Positions 59,677-64,000 of a stretch of 64,000 bases of DNA are shown here, piece after piece; the stretch's first letter is position 1; each line of letters starts with the position of its first letter. Made by a program: the position numbers and the translations under genes. The stretch is from a bacterium (GTDB lineage: Bacteria; UBA8248), in the NCBI GenBank assembly GCA_965207065.1, contig OZ242260.1, positions 512,001 through 576,000 of the forward strand. Reading direction: 5' to 3'. The notes under the pieces were generated by a model. That model did no database searches, was not told where the DNA came from, and saw nothing but the letters and a program-made list of their open reading frames with translations.

Positions 59677-60279
59677 TTATGCCCCATCCGTCGCCTCGCG
59701 GGCCAGCCACGCGCGGAACCCCGCGAGCGCGAGACCCCGGTGGCTGATGCGGTTTTTCACATCGAGCGGAAGCTCCGAGACGGCGCAGCCGTGCTCGGGC
59801 AGATACATGAGCGGGTCGTAGCCGAAACCACCCTCCCCTTGCGGCGCACGCAGTATTCGCCCGTGCATTGCACCCTCGAAAAAACCGAACCAGCCATCCG
59901 GCTTAACGTATGCAAGCACGCAGGCGTAGCGCGCGCCGCGCTCAGCATCTGAAACCTCGCGCATCCGCTCGAGCAAGAGCGCGTTCCGCCCCGAATCGTC
60001 CAGTCCATCACCGCCGAAACGGGCGGATCGAACGCCAAGCTCACCGGGCAGCGCATCCACCTCCACGCCCGAATCATCGGCGAGGGCAGGCATTCCGCTC
60101 GCCTCGCATGCGGCCCGCGCCTTGATAAGCGCGTTTTCCGCATAGGTGGAGCCGGTTTCCTCGGCGTCGAACACGATGCCCGCCTCATCGGGGAGAAGGA
60201 GTTCGACGTTCATACCCTCAAGGGCGGCGCGCACCTCGCGCGCTTTTCCGGGATTTCCACTCGCGAGAACGATTTTCAT
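59677..60279 (-). CDS. rdgB: Non-canonical purine NTP pyrophosphatase
   Basis: ASGNPGK, ENA.IKA, ADDSG, GFGYDP, KNRISHRG. Confidence 0.95.
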   Translation of the reverse strand: MKIVLASGNPGKAREVRAALEGMNVELLLPDEAGIVFDAEETGSTYAENALIKARAACEASGMPALADDSGVEVDALPGELGVRSARFGGDGLDDSGRNALLLERMREVSDAERGARYACVLAYVKPDGWFGFFEGAMHGRILRAPQGEGGFGYDPLMYLPEHGCAVSELPLDVKNRISHRGLALAGFRAWLAREATDGA

Positions 60280-61013
60280 TTGGCGCCGACGTGTTTCGCC
60301 TGAATCTCCAGGAGTTCCCGTATGCCTTTTTCCGCCAGAGCGACCAAGCGGTTCAGATCGCTCTTTCGAAACGGGGTCTGCTCGGCCGTTCCCTGAAGCT
60401 CCACGAAACGGCCGCCGCCGGTCATCACGACGTTCATGTCCACCTCGGCGGTCGAGTCTTCCGAGTAGTCCAAATCCAGCATGGGGACGCCCCCGACCAC
60501 GCCAACGCTCACGGCGGCCACTGCCTCGCGGACCGGTGATTCGGCGATGCGCCCCTCCGCGAGAAGGGCATTCACAGCACGGACAAGCGCAACGTATCCT
60601 CCCGTGATGGCGGCGCACCGCGTACCGCCGTCCGCCTGAATGACGTCGCAGTCGATGTATACTGTCAGTCCCTCAATTTTCGAGAGGTCCACGACCGAGC
60701 GCATCGAACGCCCGATAAGCCTTTGAATCTCCTGGCTGCGGCCGGCGCGCGCGCGGCCTCTGTCCACCCGCCAGGGAGAGCTGCCCGGCAGCATGGCGTA
60801 TTCGGCCGTCACCCATCCCTCGCCCGAATCACGCTTGTGGGGCGGCACGCGTCCCTCTACCGAGGCGGCGCACAGGACCCTCGTATCTCCCACAGAGATG
60901 AGGCAGCTTCCCGCGCAGGTTTTCACGTAATCAGGCTCCACGCTCACTTTCCGGTTCTCATCGGGTAGCCTCCCGTCTGCGCGCACCTTATCGCCCATCA
61001 TTTTTCTCGCCAT
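60276..61013 (-). CDS. rph: Ribonuclease PH
   Basis: GWVTAEYAMLP, EIQRLIGRS, DCDVIQADGGTR, DLDY.ED, ELQGTAE. Confidence 0.96.
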   Translation of the reverse strand: MARKMMGDKVRADGRLPDENRKVSVEPDYVKTCAGSCLISVGDTRVLCAASVEGRVPPHKRDSGEGWVTAEYAMLPGSSPWRVDRGRARAGRSQEIQRLIGRSMRSVVDLSKIEGLTVYIDCDVIQADGGTRCAAITGGYVALVRAVNALLAEGRIAESPVREAVAAVSVGVVGGVPMLDLDYSEDSTAEVDMNVVMTGGGRFVELQGTAEQTPFRKSDLNRLVALAEKGIRELLEIQAKHVGAK

Positions 61014-61114
61014 GCTCTCTCCTATCGAAAACGAACCATCTTCCAGACGGAGTGGATACTACGGGGATTTTACGCGCGAATCCAGAGAGCACTGGACGGA
61101 GCTCCCGAGTGGTT

Positions 61115-64000
61115 TTATGCGGCGGGTGCGGTGTATTTCGTCTCGCTGAGGCCCACCATCCGCCTCAAGCTGCGGACAAAATTCTGGGCTGCGAGATAGA
61201 TGCACGGCACGAGGAAGAGCGTGAACAGGGTGGAGAGCGAGAGCCCGCTCAACACGACGAGTCCCAAGGGCTTGAGCATCTCCGAACCCTTCCCCCAGCC
61301 GCTTGCCAGAGGGGTGAGCGCGATGATGGTGGTCAGCGTGGTCATGAGAATCGGGCGCAGCCTCGTCGAGGCCCCTTCGATGATGGCTTCTCTTATCTCC
61401 ATCCCGCGTTCTCTCAAGCGTTCGACGTAGTCGATCATGACGATGGAGTTGTTCACCACGATGCCCACCAGCAGGATGACGCCGATGAGCACAGTCGACC
61501 CGAAGGGCGTGCCGGTGAGGTAGAGACCTACGAGCGCACCGGTGAGCGCGGGCGGCACGGCGAATATGATGACCAAGGGGTTCACGAGCGAGTCGTACTG
61601 GACGGCAAGCACCGTGTAGACCAGGAATATCGCGAGAAGGGCCAGGATGAAGAGTTCGCGGTTTGATTTCTTCAGGTTCTCCTCGTCCTCGCCGGGCAGG
61701 ATGAAGTAGCCCCTCGGTACGTTGATGTCTTTCAGGCGAGCGCGTACGTCTGCGCTCACGTCGCCCAGCGATCGGCCCTGGATGTCGCCCGTTATCTGAA
61801 GGTGGCGATTCTGATCCGTGCGGGTAATGACCGAACTGCCCTGTCCGTAGCGAATGTGCGCCACGTGGTTCAAGCGCGTGGCGCGCCCGTTCTGGTTCTG
61901 GGGAAACAGGGGCAGGTGCGCCAGATCCTGCTCGCTTTTTATCTCGGTGTCCGAGAACTTGACCCGCACCGGCACGCGCGTATCCACCCGGTTGATGAAG
62001 GTGGCGATGGAGCCATCGACCGCCGTGGCAACGGTGTCGCCCACGTCCTCAACCGAGAGGCCGAGTTCCGCCGCGCGCTCCCTGTTCACCTGAATGCGGA
62101 ATTCAGGCCGGGGCCTGTCCTCAGTCATCTGCACGTTGTGAAGCCCATCCACCCCCTGGAGCTTCTCTACGACTTCTTCGGCAATGCGGTTGATCGTGGG
62201 CAGATCCTCACCCCGGACGCCCAGGGAAAAACTTTTATTGTGGCGTGTATTGGAGGTGCGAAGGCCGCGCACCCGGCTCTTGAAGGCGTAAATACGCGCG
62301 TCTGGATACGTCATCCGCGTGAGCCGGGGCCTCAGCTTTCTGAGGTATTCGAAAACGCTCACGCCGTCTTTGAGCGTCACATCGATTCTGCCCCTAGTGG
62401 CGGAGGGCGAGAAATTCCGCCCGAAAAGACGCCCCCCTGCAGTGGCGAAAACTTTGTCCACGGCGGGATCGCGTACGAGCATGTCATGAATCTCGCGCGT
62501 TACCTGTTTGGTGTACTCGAGGGTGCCGCCAGGCGAGAAGCGGATGTCGACCGAGATTCGCCCATCGTCCACCTGAGGCAGGAGTTCATTGCCCAGTTTG
62601 CCGATGAGCATGTAGCTGCTCGCGCAGACGGCCAGGGCGAGGATGATGACCACCCAGCGGAGGGTGAGAACCGGCCTCAAGAGAGAACGATAGATCCGGT
62701 TGAGCAGATCGACGAACCAGATGAAAAGGCGGAAGAGCGGAAAACGGCTGAAGCCGCTGCTCATCGGGACCTGCAGGAGCCGGGCGGAGAGCATGGCCAC
62801 TACCGTGAGGCCGACCATGAGGCTGCAAATGAACGCCAGCGTGATGGTGAGTATCAACTCGCGGAACAGCAACGCCACGTAGCCCGATACCAGCAGAAAC
62901 GGCATCACGGCGGCCACGTTCGTGAACGTGGAAGCCAACATGGCGCTCTCCACTTCGGCGGAGCCACGCTCCGCCGACTCCACGGGGTCGCCCCCTTCCG
63001 CCTGGTGGCGCGAGATGTTCTCGAGCATGACGATGGCGTTGTCCACGAGCATTCCCACACCAAGCGCAACTCCACCCAAGCTGAATATGTTGAAGGTGAA
63101 GCCGAGCACCCACATGAGAAAAAACGTGAAGACCGAAGCGATCGGGATCGCCAGGCCGATGATCAGTGTGCGCCTGAGACTCCCCAGGAAGCAGAGCACC
63201 ACCAGTATCGCCAAAGTGCCGCCTACCAGGGCGGAGGAGAGGACATTCTTGATCGAGGCGCGGATGAAGAAACTCTGATCCGAAATCGGAACGAGGGTGA
63301 TGTCGGGCGGAACGATGCCGTAGCGCGTCAGGAAGGCGAGTCTATCGCTGAGACCGTCCACGACGGAGACCGTGTTCGCGTCGGGCTGCTTCAGGGCCAC
63401 CACCTTGACGCTCTCATCGCCGTTCAGCCACACGAATATGCGCCGCTCCTTGCCAGCGTCGTGAACCTTTGCGAAATCACGCAGATAGACCCGGCGGCCG
63501 TCCTTGGTGGGGAAGATGAGGCGCGAAAGCTCCCCCGCGCTCTTGAGCTTGCCCGCCGTCCGGCTCGAATACTCCCGGTGGGCGGTTTTCACCCGTCCGG
63601 CGGCCAGGTCCATATTCTCGGAGCGCATCCGCCTCAAGACCGCGGGCAGATCGAGACCCAGACCCTGCATCCTCGGCAGGTCGACGAGCACCTGCACCTC
63701 CTCGTCCTGACCCCCGAACGCCTCCACCGACGCGATGCCGGGAACGGTCATGAGCTGGGGGATGAGCACCTTTCGCGCCCAGGTCTGAAGCTGTGGACCT
63801 TTGAGGGTTTTGGAAGACAGCGCGTATTCGATGATGGGCACCTGCGCCGGGTCGGACTTGAAGATGCGCGTGTTCTGGAGCTGATCCTGTATCTCCTGCG
63901 GCAGGTTTCTCCTTGCGACGTTGAATTTGGTGATAGCGTCCTGGAGCGCGAGATCGATGTCGCGGTCGAAGTCGAAGAACATCCACAAGCGCGCGGCGCC
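61115..64000 (-). CDS. RND efflux permease (AcrB/CusA family), 5' part outside window
   Basis: GMLVDNAIV.LEN, GIVVNN.I, RLRPILMT; frame open to the window edge. Confidence 0.93.
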   Translation of the reverse strand, partial: GAARLWMFFDFDRDIDLALQDAITKFNVARRNLPQEIQDQLQNTRIFKSDPAQVPIIEYALSSKTLKGPQLQTWARKVLIPQLMTVPGIASVEAFGGQDEEVQVLVDLPRMQGLGLDLPAVLRRMRSENMDLAAGRVKTAHREYSSRTAGKLKSAGELSRLIFPTKDGRRVYLRDFAKVHDAGKERRIFVWLNGDESVKVVALKQPDANTVSVVDGLSDRLAFLTRYGIVPPDITLVPISDQSFFIRASIKNVLSSALVGGTLAILVVLCFLGSLRRTLIIGLAIPIASVFTFFLMWVLGFTFNIFSLGGVALGVGMLVDNAIVMLENISRHQAEGGDPVESAERGSAEVESAMLASTFTNVAAVMPFLLVSGYVALLFRELILTITLAFICSLMVGLTVVAMLSARLLQVPMSSGFSRFPLFRLFIWFVDLLNRIYRSLLRPVLTLRWVVIILALAVCASSYMLIGKLGNELLPQVDDGRISVDIRFSPGGTLEYTKQVTREIHDMLVRDPAVDKVFATAGGRLFGRNFSPSATRGRIDVTLKDGVSVFEYLRKLRPRLTRMTYPDARIYAFKSRVRGLRTSNTRHNKSFSLGVRGEDLPTINRIAEEVVEKLQGVDGLHNVQMTEDRPRPEFRIQVNRERAAELGLSVEDVGDTVATAVDGSIATFINRVDTRVPVRVKFSDTEIKSEQDLAHLPLFPQNQNGRATRLNHVAHIRYGQGSSVITRTDQNRHLQITGDIQGRSLGDVSADVRARLKDINVPRGYFILPGEDEENLKKSNRELFILALLAIFLVYTVLAVQYDSLVNPLVIIFAVPPALTGALVGLYLTGTPFGSTVLIGVILLVGIVVNNSIVMIDYVERLRERGMEIREAIIEGASTRLRPILMTTLTTIIALTPLASGWGKGSEMLKPLGLVVLSGLSLSTLFTLFLVPCIYLAAQNFVRSLRRMVGLSETKYTAPAA

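Overview
64 kb of GC-rich bacterial chromosome, mostly housekeeping and catabolic genes. Housekeeping: folD (partial), cysE-iscS-iscU, greA, ispB-maf, thiI, msrA, selD, comM/yifB, rph-rdgB and four tRNAs (Lys-CTT, Arg-TCG, His-GTG, Arg-TCT). Transport: EmrAB, an RND pump (partial) and a Liv-type ABC transporter. Catabolism: hydantoinase A/B, LLM monooxygenases and acyl-CoA enzymes. No integrase, transposase, CRISPR array or rRNA is visible. Highlights: (1) two genes broken or truncated in the ORF track are best read as selenoproteins, SelD (GG-U-GSK) and an AhpD/CMD-like protein with a CxxU motif, each with a SECIS-like hairpin just after the UGA; (2) intergenic DNA from 5 to 28 kb is a mosaic of REP/MITE-like palindromes, and several single genes are bracketed by same-orientation copies of a locus-specific repeat, which suggests repeat-mediated gene cassettes; (3) two paralogous membrane-anchored proteins built from variable numbers of H-R-E-x-M coiled-coil modules share a conserved promoter; (4) a DMSO-reductase-superfamily enzyme has its four-cluster Fe-S subunit fused at the N-terminus; (5) a 1.29-kb head-to-tail duplication of an SsuD-like gene starts inside the comM 3' end; (6) a Cys-rich MarR/ArsP-like permease operon has a clear promoter and operator. 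All product calls are from motif recognition by eye; no searches were run.
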